Counted from the stretch's first letter, positions 37,674 to 51,500 are shown. The stretch: DNA of 64,000 nucleotides from Heterodontus francisci (GCF_036365525.1 NC_090379.1:35796855-35860854); one strand, 5' to 3'. The notes: generated by a model not told the origin, from the letters alone. Translations and numbers: made by a program.

Positions 37674-38847
37674 ACGTTAAAATTAAGTCAATGGTGGACC
37701 GGGAGCCAATGTAGGTTCGCGAGCACATGGATGATGGGTGGGTGAATGGCCGAGTGGAATGTCCTTCCTATGGTATGTGGGAAGTCAGGAACGTTTCAAG
37801 TGGCCTTGATGAACACGTCTGCAAAAAGTGTCACCAGCTGCAGAAACTTGAGCTCTGGGCTTTGGAACTTGAGCAGCGGCTGGAGTCACTGTGTTGCACC
37901 CACGAGGCTGAGAACTATATGGATAGCACATTTAGATTAGATTAGATTAGATTAGATTAGAGATACAGCACTGAAACAGGCCCTTCGGCCCACCGAGTCT
38001 GTGCCGACCATCAACCACCCATTTATACTAATCCTACACTAATCCCATATCCCCACCTGTCCCTATATTTCCCTACCACCTACCTATACTAGTGACAATT
38101 TATAATGGCCAATTTACCTACCGACCTGCAAGTCTTCTGGCTTGTGGGAGGAACCCGGAGCACCCGGAGAAAACCCACGCAGACACAGGGAGAACTTGCA
38201 AACTCCACACAGGCAGTACCCAGAATCGAACCCGGGTCCCTGCAGCTGTGAGGCTGCAGTGCTAACCACTGCGCCACTGTCGCAGGGACCCGGGTTCGAT
38301 TCTGGGTACTGCCTGTGTGGAGTTTGCAAGTTCTCCCTGTGTCTGCGTGGGTTTTCTCCGGGTGCTCCGGTTTCCTCCCACAAGCCAAAAAGACTTGCAG
38401 GTCGGTAGGTAAATTGGCCATTATAAATTGTCACTAGTATAGGTAGGTGGTAGGGAAATATAGGGACAGGTGGGGATATGGGATTAGTGTAGGATTAGTA
38501 TAAATGGGTGGTTGATGGTCGGCACAGACTCGGTGGGCCGAAGGGCCTGTTTCAGTGCTGTATCTCTAACCTAATCTAATCTAATCTAAATGTGCTATCC
38601 ATATAGTTCTCAGCCTCGTGGGTGCAACACAGTGACTCCAGCCGCTGCTCAAGTTCCAAAACCCAGAGCTCAAGTTTCTGCAGCTGGTGACACTTTTTGC
38701 AGACGTGTTCATCAAGGCCACTTGAAACGTTCCTGACTTCCCACATACCATAGGAAGGACATTCCACTCGGCCATTCACCCACCCATCATCCATGTGCTC
38801 GCGAACCTACATTGGCTCCCGGTCCACCATTGACTTAATTTTAACGT
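37674..38847. repeat. Palindrome: arms 37674-38243 and 38282-38847, 38-bp spacer
   Basis: Arms are reverse complements with ~3 small differences and a different (TTAGA)n count. Each arm is ~260 bp of flank plus a V-SINE. Confidence 0.96.
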
Positions 38848-41800
38848 GGTCACACTGTAGGTTAGGAGCATGCAGGCAGAGAGGGAATGGGTGACCACCA
38901 GAAAGTCATGGAGGACCAGGCAGGTGGTGCAGGAGTCCTCTGAGTCTCTGTCGCTCACAAACAAGTTTTCCACTTTGGACGCTGGTGAGGGTGATGGTTC
39001 CTCAGAGGTGTGAAGAACAGCCAAGCTCAGGGCACCACAGGTGGCTCAGCTGCACGGGCAGGAAGGAAGAGGAGAAATAGTGGTAGGGGATTCAGTAGTT
39101 ATGGGAACACACAGGCGTTTCTGTCTCCAGGATGGTGTGTTACCTCCCTAGTGCCAGGGTCAAAGATGTCACAGAGCGGCTGCAGGACATTCTTCTGGGG
39201 AAGGCGAACAGCAAGAGGTCGTGGTCCACATTGGTACTAACGACAAAGGTAGAAAGAGGGATGAGGTCCTGACAGCAGATTTTTAGGGAGCTAGGCAAGA
39301 TATTAAAAAGCAGGAGCTCAGAAGTAGGAATGTCCGGATTATTCCCAGTTCCACACGCTAATGAGCATAGAAATTAGGAGGCGAGAGCTGATGAATATGT
39401 GGCTGGAGAGATGGTGCGGTAGGGAAGGCTTCAGATTCCAGGGTTATTGGAACTGGTTCTGGGGGTGGGGGCGGGGGGGGTGGGGGGCAGAGGTGGGACC
39501 TGTACAAGCCAGAAAGCTTGCACCTCAATAGGACCAGGACTAACATCCTTGCCGGGAGGATTGCTAGTGGTGTTGGACAGCGTTTAAATTAGTTTGGCGG
39601 GAGGGGGGTGGGGACCTAAGGGTAGACTCAGATGGGGCAAAATCAGAAATAGAAATGGAAGGCAGGAAATTAGTGAGTGAGTCTGGAAGACAGAGAAACA
39701 AAACGATAGAAAATTTTAAAAAAAAGTTTGACAGTGCTCAAGAGTATGTACAATGTAAGGTGTATAGCAAATAAAGCAGACGAGCTGAGGGCACAGATAG
39801 AAACGTGGCAGTATGATATCACAGCTATTAAAGAAACATGGATTAAAGAGGGGCAAAAATGGCAGCTGATCATTCCTGGTTACAGAGCTTTCAGACGAGA
39901 AAGAGAGGGGGATAAAAAGGGAAGGGTGTGGCAATTTTGGTTAGAGAAGCAACTACTGTTGTGAGGAGGGATGTTATGTTAGAAGGATCATCATGAATTG
40001 AGCTCAAGAACAAAAAAGGGGCAGTCACACTACTGAGAGTGTACTATAGACCCCCGAACAGTCAGAGGGGAAAGAAGAGCAAATATATAGGCAAATCTTT
40101 GATAATTGCAAAAACACTATGGCAGTAATAGTAGGGGATTTTAGCTACCCCAATATTAACTGGAATAGTTTTAGTGTGAAAGGAATGGAGGGAACAGAAT
40201 TCTTAAGGTGCATTCAGGAGAACCTTTTTGGCCAGTGTGTAGCAAGTCCAACAAGAGAGCGCAAAGTTCTGTACTTGGTAATGAAGCTGGGCAGGAATAA
40301 TGAGTGGGAGAGCATTTTGGTGGTAGTGATCTTTATTCAGTTAGTTTTAACATAATTATGGAAAAGGACAGAGACAGAACAGCAGTTACAGTTCTAAATT
40401 GGGGGAAGGCCAATTTTACTAAGCTGAGAAGTGATTTAGCAAAAGTGGACTGGAAACAGCTACTTGAAGGTAAATCAGTGTCACAGCAGTGGGAGGCAAA
40501 GGGGAGATTTGGGACTTCAGAGGAAACATGTACCCACAAAGAAAAAGAGTGGGATGGCCAAATTTAGAGCCCCCTAGATTTCAAGGAGCTTACAGGGTAC
40601 GAAAAGGCAGAAAAGGAAAGCTTATATCAGACACCGAGAACTCAATACTACAGAAAGCCGAGCAGAGTACAGAAAGTGAAAGGGTGAAATCAAAAAAGAA
40701 ATTAGGAAAGCCAACAGAGGGCATGAAAGAATATTGGTAAGTAAAATTAAGGAGAAGCCAAAAATGTTTTATCAATACATTAAGAGAAAGAGGATAACTA
40801 AGGAAAGAATAGGGCCCATAAAAGACCAAAAAGGTAACGTGTGTGGAGGCAGAAGACGTGGGTATAGTTCTTAATGAATACATTGCGTCTATCTTCACAA
40901 AAGAGGGGGATGATACAGAGATTGTAGTCAAGGAGCAGGAGTGTGAAATATTGAATGTGATAAACAAGGGGAGAGGAAGTATTAAGGGGATTCTTGATAG
41001 TGGATAAATCATCAGGGCCAAATGAAATGTACCCCAAGCTGTTAAAAGAAGCCAGGGAGGAAATAGCGGAAGGTCTGACCATCATTTTCCAATCCTCACT
41101 GGATACAGGTGTGGTGCCAGAGGAATGGAGCTCGGCTAATGTTGTACCTTTGTTTAAAAAGGGAGCGAGGGATAGACCAAATAATTGCAGGCCAGTCAGT
41201 CTAACCTCAGTAGTAGGCAAATTATTGGAATCAATTCTGAAACACAGGATAAACTGTCACTTAGAAGGCACAGATTAATCGAGGATAGTCAGCATGGATT
41301 TGTTAAGGGAAAGTCGTGTCTGACTAACCTGATTCAATTTTTTGAGCAAGTAACATGGAGGACTGATGAGAGTAGTGCAGTTGATCTGGTCTACATGGAT
41401 TTTAGCAAGGCTTTTGACCAGCCCCACATGGCAGACTGGTTTAACAAAAAAGCTCATGGGATCCAGGAAAATTTAGCAAGCTGGATACAAAATTGGCTCA
41501 GGAGCAGGAAACAAAGGACAACTGTTGACGGGTGTTTTTGTGATGGAAGGTAGTTTCCAGTGGGGTTCTACAGGGCTCAGTGCTGGGTCCCCTGCTTTTT
41601 GTGGTATATATTAACGATTTGAACGTAAATGTAAGGGGAATGATCAAGATGTTTGCAGACAACACAAAAATTGCCCACGTGGTTGATAGTGAGGAGGATG
41701 GCTGTAGACTGCAGAAAGATATAAATCGACTGGTCAGGTGGGCAGAAAAATGGCGAATTGAATTTAACCCAGCGAAATGTGAGGTGATGCATTTTGGGAG

Positions 41801-42575
41801 GTCAAACAAGGCAAAGAAATACACAATAAATGGGAAGATATGGAGAGGTGTAGAGGAAGTGAGAGACCTTGGGCGTGTATGTCCACAGATCACTGAAGGT
41901 AGCAGGACAGATCGATAATGTGATGAAGAAGGCATATGGAATCCTTTCCTTTATTAGCTGAAGCATAAAATATATGAGTAGGGAGCTTATGCTGGAACTA
42001 TATAAAACATTACTTAGGCCACAACTGGAGTCGTGAGCAGTTCTGGTCACCTCATACAGAAAGGATGTAATTGCACTAGAGAGGATACAGAGGAGATTAA
42101 AGAGGATGTTTCCAGGATTGGAAAATTGCAGCTATTAAGAGAGATTTGATAGGTTGAGATTGCTCTCCTTGGAACAGAGGAGGCTGAGGGGAGATTTGAT
42201 TGAGATGTACAAAATTGGGAGGGACCTGGATAGAGTAGATGGGAAGGGCCTATTTACCTTAGCAGTGGGGTCAGTGACTGGGAGGCATAGACTTAAAGTC
42301 ATTAGTACGAGGATTGGAGGAGAGATGAGGAAAACCTTTTTCACCCAGAGGGTGGTGGGGGTCTGGAACTCACTGCCTGAAAGGGTGGTAGAGGCAGAAA
42401 ACTCAACTCATTTAAAAGGGGCCTGGATGTGCAATTGAAGTGCTGTAACCTGTAGGGCTATGGACCAAATGCTGGACAGTGGAACAGGGCTGATTTTTTT
42501 CCCGCCGGCACAGACACGATGGGCCAAGTGGCCACTTTCTGTGCCGTAAACTTTCTATGTTTCTGTGTTTCTAAT
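37741..42575 (+). mobile_element. Near full-length decayed CR1 (ORF1 Zn-finger/esterase, ORF2 EN+RT), interrupted by a SINE palindrome
   Basis: CPSYGMW..CKKC; VVVHIGTND; NKADELRAQ, GDFSYP, DFSKAFD, MFADNTK, RRLRGDLIE; (TTTCTATG)n tail; many frameshifts. Confidence 0.92.
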
Positions 42576-43949
42576 GGGACTTGCTGCAAATGTTTTATCG
42601 CAAGTGTTTTATATTAAGTCCTGTAGAATGACATGAACTGTCCTAAATTCCCTCATATAAAACCACTCTCTATTCTTTACCATGTCAGCCTATAGGGTAA
42701 CCCTTGGTCACACAACAAAGCCAAAACAATTTCAAAACTCCACAGGGGTGATGAGTGAACGGTACTTGGTGCGAGTTAAGACATGGGCAGCAGAGTTTGA
42801 GGAGCTCAGGGGAAAGGTGGGAGGCCAGCCATGAGAGCATTGTAATATCTGCAGCCGGAGGTAACAAAAGCATTAGTCAAAGTTTCAGCAGCAGATAGGT
42901 TAAGGCAGGGGAGAGGACAGGCAATATTATGAACATGGAATAGACAGTCTTTGCAATGTGAGAGGATATGGCATCAGAAGCTCAGCTCAGGGTCATGTAG
43001 AGCACCAAAGTTGTGAACAGTCAGACACTGGACAGACAATGGGAGTCGGTGGCTAGGGAACAGAATTTGTGGCGCTTGAAGACAACAAAAGGCATCTTAA
43101 TGGAACCAACAGCAACGCATCAAAACTAAATGGACTCTTCCAACACTTCAACTGATCCACTTCTATAAAGAAGTTGGATTTTTGTATTTAAAATTCAAAG
43201 TTAGAAACTTAATTCTGCCAATGATGATGATTGTCCTCAGTACAACAGTCTCCAGCTACACCCTGTTGTAATGGTACTTAGTTTACACAAGAAGCATTCA
43301 GGCTTAGATTGCTTTATGGAATTGTTAACAACTATTATCTTGTTGTGAAGCTCAGTTTTAATATTGCTTTGAACTACAAGAGATTTAAGTAATTTATCAA
43401 GTGCATGATGGGAAGACTGATCCAAGTTTTAAACGGTGATGAAAGATCAAGCAGCAACATTTTTACAAAGTTAACAGAAGACTATCTCTGTATGCCTAAA
43501 AACTTCAAACACTTAGAATTAGACAGTTAGTGCAAAGGGAGCATACTTTACTACTACCCAAGAAACAAAATGCAGCCCTGCATCAGTGAATTTGCAGTAC
43601 AACCTAGGAAAATCAAATATAATTCTGATCTACAGGTAAACTGTTAAAGATTAAAAGTATTGCAATAGTTGAAACTCAATTATATACATTGCAAAAGTAT
43701 TTTCTTCTTACTACATAAAACTGGGCAGGTTTAAACAATGCACCGTGTGCTACTTTCATTTCCACATATGCAGCACAGCAAAGGTCCATGAATAATTCAC
43801 TATCTTTATAACATTTCTATTGAGAGAAAGAAACTTTGGCAAAGCTAGACAATGCCAGAAATCAATGCATTACAGTCTCAGATTTACAAGTACCATTGAG
43901 CACACTTTTGTAATTGGAAATCAGAGTAATCTGAAATCTCAGCCCACAC

Positions 43950-45210
43950 CATAGAGTCATAAACAGCACAAAAGGAAGCCATTCGTCCCATTGAGTTCAT
44001 GCCAGCTCTCCACGGAGCTATGCAGTTAGTCCCACTCCCCCACTTGATCCCCGTAGCCCTGCAAGTCTATTTCCTTCAAGTGGCCATTCAATTTCCTTTT
44101 GAAGTCATGGTAGTCTCCGTTTCCATCACCATTGTGGGCAGCCAGTTCCAGGTCATTACCACCCGGTGCGTAAAAATGTTCTTCCTCATATTCCTCCTGC
44201 ATCTCTTGCCCAAAACCTTCAATCTGTGTCCCCTAATCCTTGTACCATTAGTTAATGGGAACAGCTTTTCCTTGTCTAACTTATCTAAGCCTGTCATAGT
44301 TTTGTATACCTCTATTAAATCTCCCCACAATCTCCTTTGTTCTAAGGAGAACAACTGGAGTTTTTCCAACCTAACTGTGTGACTAAAATCCCCGAGTCCA
44401 TTCTGGTAAATCTCTGCACCCTCTCCAAGACCCTCATATCCTTCTTGATATGTGGTGACCAGAATTGGGCGCAATATTCCAGTTGGGGCCTAACCAGAGC
44501 TTTATAAAGGTTCAGCATAACTTCCCTGCTTTTGTACTCATGAAGCCCAAGATCCCATAAGCTTTACTAACCATTCTCTCAACCTTCAAAGATATATGCA
44601 CATGCACCCCCCGGTCCCTCTGTTCCTGCACACGGTTTAGAACTTTGCCATTAAGTATATTTTGCCTTTCCCTATTCCTTCTGCCAAAATACATCATCTC
44701 CCACTAGTCAGTATTAAATTCCATTTGCCACCTCTCTGCCCATTCTGCTCCTCTATGTCCTGTTGCAGGTAGTTCATATTACCCTGATGAATGGTCACTG
44801 ACCTGAAACATCAACTCTGCTTCTCTCTCCACAGATGCTGCCAGACCTGCTGAGTATTTCCAGCATTTCTTGTTTTTATTTCAGATTTCCAGCCTCTGCA
44901 GTATTTTGCTTTTATCATATCACCCTCACTGTTTGCCTCACCTCCATGTTTGGTGTCATCGGCGATTTTTGAGATCCTATTCCATATTCCAAGATCCAAG
45001 TCATTTATATATAGCAAAAAAAAAAGTGGTCCCAACACTGACCCTTCGGGAACGCTACTGTCTATCATCCTCCATTCTGAGAAACAACCAATTACTATGA
45101 TTCGCTGTTTTCTGTCCTTAAGACAATTTTTAATTCAATTGGACACTGACCCTCCTATTCCATGAGCCTCAATTTTGTTAACCAGCCTTTTATGTGGTAC
45201 CTTATCAAAC
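43950..45210 (-). mobile_element. Decayed CR1 with a nested Penelope-like fragment (44784-44912)
   Basis: GSVLGPL..YINDL, KIADDTK, RRLWGDLIEVYK motifs; the insert starts at CTGATGA. Confidence 0.85.
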
Positions 45211-45230
45211 TTTAGTGGCACTCATCTCAC

Positions 45231-45296
45231 CTTTTGCTTTTTAGATTCGTCATCTTCAGAGGCAGAGATTTCTGGTTGGTCAGTCAACTTTGCATT
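45231..45296 (-). CDS. SNAPC1: SNAPC1 coding exon 6
   Basis: NAKLTDQPEISASEDDESKKQK; tttttgcag| and AAG|gtgaga; 66 nt, phase 0-0. Poorly conserved linker, but size and position fit. Confidence 0.75.
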
Positions 45297-45675
45297 CTGC
45301 AAAAATTTGAGATAAGAGAACTGTATTATTTGTTTTCCTCAACTATTTAGAAATGGTCAATCTGAAATTCCTGAACATTTATATGACAAGATCAGATAGA
45401 ATGCATCCAGTCAGAAAATTTGTCTTCCAAAATTAAAGAAAGATGAATCAGTACCGAAGCAAATGTGGATAAGACTATTGCTAAAATGTTAAAGTAGGAG
45501 TCAGAGAATTTGCAGATCCTGCCACCTGCTTGTATTTTACCAAATCACAACAATAAAGACATTCCAATGCTCCAAATGTTAGAAACCACCCAATGCACTA
45601 ACCAGTTCCATAGATAGATTTACATAGACCTATCTGAGCATCAATGTGTAAGGAAAGACACTCCGTAAAGTGTAC

Positions 45676-46527
45676 TGTCATGCAGGTCCACACCTGTCAA
45701 GAATGAGGCACATTAATTTTGCCACATGGAGATTAAATTTCAAATTGCTGCTGGGAAGAGAAGGCCTGTGCCAAAGGGTTTCCAGGCCCCTGACTGGAAT
45801 GACATTTTTGCATATCAACAGACAGTGTTGGAACAAAAGAGCTATCCCCTGCTCCAATACAATCCTGACACAGACCTGGTCAAACCAGTTAGTCACATGA
45901 CTAACCTGCTTGGCAGTCAAGGATTTTTTTTCTGAATTGTACAGTTTTGAACAGAGAGCCTGCAGAAAGCTGTTTGCTCCTGGATTGAAAAGACCTCTCC
46001 TGGCTGGCTCACCACAGCCTCTTCTGTCTGTTCCCATCTCTGTCTCACGGAACTCCAAAAACCGACTGAAGACACATAAACCCCGAGAGAGAAAAGTCTC
46101 CTACAGTGAAAAAGGTTAAAGAAAACTGGGCCCCAGCAAAAACCAAGATCGAACTACAATCAAGGACTCTACAGTGAGCTCGAAGAACCGTGACAACAAC
46201 TCTTCAAATATTGCCTCAAACTTTTCCACTTTATTTTTCTTCTCTTTTCTGTCTCTAGCTGCACGTGTATCGTGTATGCATGCTAACCGTGGCCGTGTCG
46301 TATATTCGTAGGCGTCAACCAAATTAGAGTTTAAGTTTAATAAAATTTCACCTTTCTTCTTTAAACCTAAGAAAGCCGGTTTGTGCTCGTTTCTTTGCCT
46401 TATAATTGGAAAGCGGTGAACAAGGATTCACCAAGGGAGAGCTAAAAACACTGTTTAAAAATAAAACCCTGTTACAGTAAGACCAGGTGAAGGCTGAAAG
46501 GGAATCCTCTCTCACCTGGTCGTAACC
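45676..46527 (+). mobile_element. Gypsy-type solo LTR
   Basis: TGTCATGCAGG...CTGGTCGTAACC, 4-bp TSD GTAC, internal AATAAA. Confidence 0.88.
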
Positions 46528-48698
46528 GTACAGTGAAGCAGAATGCAGCCACAAATCCAAAATACAGGACCAGTGAATTCTATATTTGGCACTGCATCTA
46601 CACGTTTTAACTGAGTGGCAATGTACCATCTTAAGGAATGCAAACGCATCGTTACATATGCTGATATTGTAGAAAAGTACTGCTTCAAAACAGAACAGAT
46701 GATGTTCTTGTAATATTTTAATGAGCATTGACAATGTACAACCTTTGTATTCTGAGCAAATTAAATGGTTAAAAGTAGGTGCTAGCCTATAATTCATCAA
46801 GGTTACAATTCAAATTGATCCAATATAGCTTTCAGTATCTGAATTGCTACAAAAGCAGATTACAGGAGATATTAATCTTTCACCGATGCAGTATTCTTAG
46901 ACCTTTCATGTTTTTTATTGTAAAGGCTGTGTTAGCAATAAGGGCGTAAATGTAGGCCTCAAGAGACCAAGAGCGAGGTCTTTTTCTGGAAAATATGCAT
47001 GTGCATCGCATGGCAAGCATAGAATCGGATGCTGTCCCATGGTTGAATACTTGCCAACAATATGGCGATCCTCAGACATGAAGAATGTCATCAGCGGAAG
47101 TGCATCACAGGAGTCAAGACTCTCAGGAATGCAAAGAAAAGTGGAAGAAAAACAAACACACAGATGCAGCAGCTCCTTAAATCATGCAAAATTCAAATAG
47201 TTCAGATCTTTTTGTGACAGCAAAAGATTGGGATCTGTGCAACACGTGACCCAGAGCACAAGCAGATTGTCGGTACTGAATGCTAAACACAGAACAAGGT
47301 CTAGATTGCTACACTGCTTTTTTGGTTTAGGGAAAAAGCTTTATTCAATTCACATTTTTCTCTGTAGAAATTGATCAAAGTTTCACTGTAAGCACACCCA
47401 GACATTAATGACAGCATGAAGATCAGCTTGCGCTGCCTCAAATGCTTTAAGCACTTGACATCACCTCATTACTTTAAATGCCACATTTCATGCAACCTCT
47501 TGGCAGCTGACAGATGGCCCACTGCGATTATAGAAAGAACTCATCAATAATATTGTTAGCAATCGAACACTAGACTCAGTAGAGACTACTTTCACATAAA
47601 TTATCAATCTCACGATGCATATAGTTTTCCAAATTTTTCTGCACTGTAAAGATATGCATCCGTTTCATCTTGTGCTAACAGGATACGCTACATCAAAAGC
47701 TCAGAACTGATTAAACCTCTGGTTTCAACATACCCAATATCATATCTATAAAGCATGAAGGTTCAACACTCCAGTTATATTGCAGAACTGCTTCTAGTGC
47801 CAAAATAAGAGATGTGACAAAGAAAAAAATCTAATCCTATTACTTTTTACTAAGTATTTTTTGACCTAAGTCCAACCCTATCCAAGGGCAACAAACCTTT
47901 TCCTGACCCACTCTATTTACCACCAATCACTGGAGGCAAGACTCATACTGGAGGCTATTTCAACCGTTGCTGCAGCCCTCCACTACCCTCACTTAAATGG
48001 TCACTCTTCATGTGGCAGCCCAGTTAATACCAGCAGGTTATTCAACTATGGGAAGAAAAACCCAGCAACCGAGCCTCATCCTATTTTCCCTGCATTTGAT
48101 ATTTCGACACATGCATCTGCCAGCAGGGATCACCAGATAGCTTTCATGACTGCTGTGATTTTTCCCTGCACTACCATAAAGACAGAGAGGCCAACTGCAG
48201 CACTTGATCATAATGTCAGATGAGATTATCAAGCTCAGTACACATTGGCAAATAAATCGGGGACTTTTCACGGGCATTATGGCTCAGCGGATAATGCGTC
48301 AATGAGCCATCAGGCAAATTCATATGCAATGATGTCATTACAAGGATCTGATGAACTGTACCAACAGGGAGACGAGGGGATAATTAAAAATAAGACCCTG
48401 TCAGGAAGGTCACGTGGCAACCCTACACAGCAGAATGGTACAGGAGTGGGGTGGGAACAAAAAAGAATTATTCTATTTTCTTTCTTACCTGTGCCCAAAG
48501 TCTTGGAATTGTTTTTAAAGTCACTGCCAAATTATACATGAATTGAGCTCTGCATCCACTAATGTTAAAGTTAACAAGCACAGCTAGAAATTCAGTCTAC
48601 AGAGGCAATGTATTGTTTATTTCAATTAATTTCAATGCACCGGACACTGAATCACAAATATTGCCTCACATTGCATACTGTTCCACAATTAATTTTAC

Positions 48699-48854
48699 CT
48701 TATTCGCTTTCCACTGTTGAAATTCCACCGTTATGTTCTTCAACTCAGACACAAAATCTCCACGAGTTAAACTCAACGCCTTGTCCAACTGGGTTTTGTT
48801 TGCAGAGATCATATGTTTCATTGTTTGATAGTGCTCATGGATATTCATAATTTC
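48699..48854 (-). CDS. SNAPC1: SNAPC1 coding exon 5
   Basis: EIMNIHEHYQTMKHMISANKTQLDKALSLTRGDFVSELKNITVEFQQWKANK; tttaaag| and AAG|gtaaaa; 156 nt. Confidence 0.94.
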
Positions 48855-49094
48855 CTTTAAAAAGACATAGATTTAAGAAAAAAGTATTCTAATGCCACTG
48901 TTCAAAACAAAAATAAAAGCCCTTCTGCCAGTTTTTTTCCCCTTATCTAGGGCAAAGGTTGATAGGGCCCATCAATCTCAACCATGTTTTGTGTGTGAAT
49001 GTGAAGACAGCACGAGACCAGTGTTATACTACAGGGATATTCAGAATTCAGTCACCACCGGTTTTCAACCTAAATCACTCGAGTATGATCTTAC

Positions 49095-49202
49095 CTCCAA
49101 AACATCAACAGTAATGAGCTCAGAAACCAGATTAGACTTCTCCCGAAAGTTCTCATTAACAGCGTCATTGGGCATCTTTCTCCTCTTTTTATTGTAAGCC
49201 AG
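49095..49202 (-). CDS. SNAPC1: SNAPC1 coding exon 4
   Basis: LAYNKKRRKMPNDAVNENFREKSNLVSELITVDVLE (human LSYRMKKK...LITSDVLE); ttttcag| and GAG|gtaaga; 108 nt. Confidence 0.92.
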
Positions 49203-49427
49203 CTGAAAAATTAACAGCAAGTTCTCAGAAGTCAAGTGCTATCTTTATATAAAGGTAATTCATTCTTACTTAAATATGGGCACACAAAGAATTTATTGTC
49301 CAGTTTGAGAAAGAAACCAGTGAATGTAATAATATCACAATGACCTACACAAGGACATTGCAACCTGGAAATTACACCATACAATAAATGAAGACTTAGC
49401 ACTTCCCCATCAACACGTGTTTTGTTA

Positions 49428-51500
49428 TATTCATTCATGGGATCTGGGCGCCGCTGGCTAGGCCAACATTTATTGCCCATCCATAATTGCCCTGGAGGAG
49501 GTGGTGGTGAGCTGCCTTCTTGAACCACTGAAGTCCATGTGAGGTAGGTACACCCACAGTGCTGTTAGAAAGGGAGTTCCAGGATTTTGACCGAACGACA
49601 GTGAAGGAGCGACGATATAGTTCCAAGTCAGGATGGTGTGCGACTTGGAGGGGAACTTGCAGGTGGTGGTGTTCCCATGCATTTGCTACCCTTGTCCTTC
49701 TAGTTGGTAGAGATCACGGGTTTGGAAGGTACTGTCGAAGGAGCCTTGGTGCGTTGCTGCAGTGCATCTTGTAGATGGTACACACTGCTGCCACTGTGTG
49801 TCGGTGGTGGAGGGAGTGAATGTTTGTGGATGGAGTGCCAATCAAGCGGGCTGCTTTGTCCTGGATGGTGTCGAGCTTCTTGAGTGTTGTTGGAGCTGCA
49901 CCCATCCAGGCAAGTGGACAGTATTCCATCACACTCCTGACTTGTGCCTTGTAGATGGAGGACAGGCTTTGGGGAGTCAGGAGGTGAGTTACTCACCGCA
50001 GTATTCCTAGCCTCTAACCCGCTCTTGTAGCCACGGTATTTATATGGCTAATCCAGTTCAGTTTCTGTTCAATGGTAGCCCCTAGGAAGTTGATAGTGGG
50101 GGATTCAGTGACAGTAATGCCATTGTATGTCATGGGGAGATGGTTAGATTCTCTCTCGTTGTAGATGATCATTGCCTGGCACTTGTGTGGCGCAAATGTT
50201 ACTTGCCACTCATCAGCCCAAGCCTGGATATTGTCCAGGTCTTGCTGCATTTCTACCCAGACTGCTTCAGCATCTGAGGAGTCGCAAATGGTGCTGAACA
50301 TCGTGCAATCATCAGTGAACATCCCCACTTCTGACCTTATAACTGAAGGAAGGTCCTTGATGAAACAGCTGAAGATGGTTGGGCCTAGGACACAACCCTG
50401 AGGAACTCTTGCAGTGATGTCCTGGAGCTCAGATGATTGACCTCCAACAACCACAACCACCTTTCTTTGCATTAGGCATGACTCCAACCAGCGGAGAGCT
50501 TTCCCCCGATTCCAATTGACTCCAGTTTTGCTAGGGCTCCTTGATGCCCTACTCGATAAAATGCTGCCTTGATGTCAAGGGCAGTTATTCTCATCTCACC
50601 TCTTGAGTTCAGCTCTTTTGTTTATGTTTGAACCAAAGCTGTAATGAGGTCAGGAGCTGAGTGGCCCTGGTGGAACCCAAAATGAGTGTCACCGAGCAGG
50701 TTATTGCTAAGCCAGTGCCGCTTGATGGCCCTGCTGATGACACCTTCCATCACTTTACTGATGATTGAGAGTAGACTGATGGGGCGATAACTGGCCGGGT
50801 TGGACTTGTCCTGCTTTTTGCGTACAGGACATACCTGGGCAATTTTCCACATTGCAGGGTAGATGCCAGTGTTGCAGCTGTACTGGAACAGCTTGACTAG
50901 GGGCGTGGCAAGTTCTGGAGCACAGGTCTTCAGTACTATTGCCAGAATATTGTCAGGGGCCATAGCCTTTGCAGTATCCAGTGCCTTCAGTTGTTTCTTG
51001 ATATCACACGGAGTGAATCGAATTGGCTGAAGTCTGGCATCTGTGATGCTGGGGACTTCAGGAGGAGGCCGAGATGGATCATCAACTCAGCACTTCTGGC
51101 TGAAGACTGCTGCAAATGCTTCAGCCTTATCTTTCGCACTGATGTGCTGGGCTCCCCCATCATTGAGGATGGGGATATTTGTGGAGCCACCTCCTCCAGT
51201 TAGTTGTTTAATTGTCCACCACCACTCACGGCTGGATGTGGCAGGAGTGCAGAGCTTAGATCTGATCCGTTGGTTATGGGATTGCTTAGGTTTGTCTATT
51301 GCATGCTGCTTACACAGTTTGGCACGCAAGTAGTCCTCTGTTGTAGCTTCACCAGGTTGACACCTCATTTTGAGGTATGCCTGGTGCTGCTCCGAGCATG
51401 CCCTCCTGCACTCTTCATTGAACCAGGGTTGGTCTCCTGGCTTGATGGTAATGGTAGAGTGGAGAATATGCCAGGCCATGAGGTTATAGATTGTGGTTGA
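49428..51500 (-). mobile_element. CR1/L2-group LINE (2-kb 3' part, decayed)
   Basis: PWFNEEC, WKIAQVCPV, YRPISLLS, VPQGCVLGP, MFTDDCT, YKMHCSNAPR. Confidence 0.9.

Noticed and set aside
38220-38280. tRNA-like A/B boxes as a tRNA gene
   Set aside because: SINE head followed by V-domain and LINE tail; no complete cloverleaf.
38142-38434. Overlapping mirror ORFs (MWEEPGAPGENPRRHRENLQ...)
   Set aside because: Chance translations of the V-SINE on both palindrome arms; the same peptide appears at 22539.
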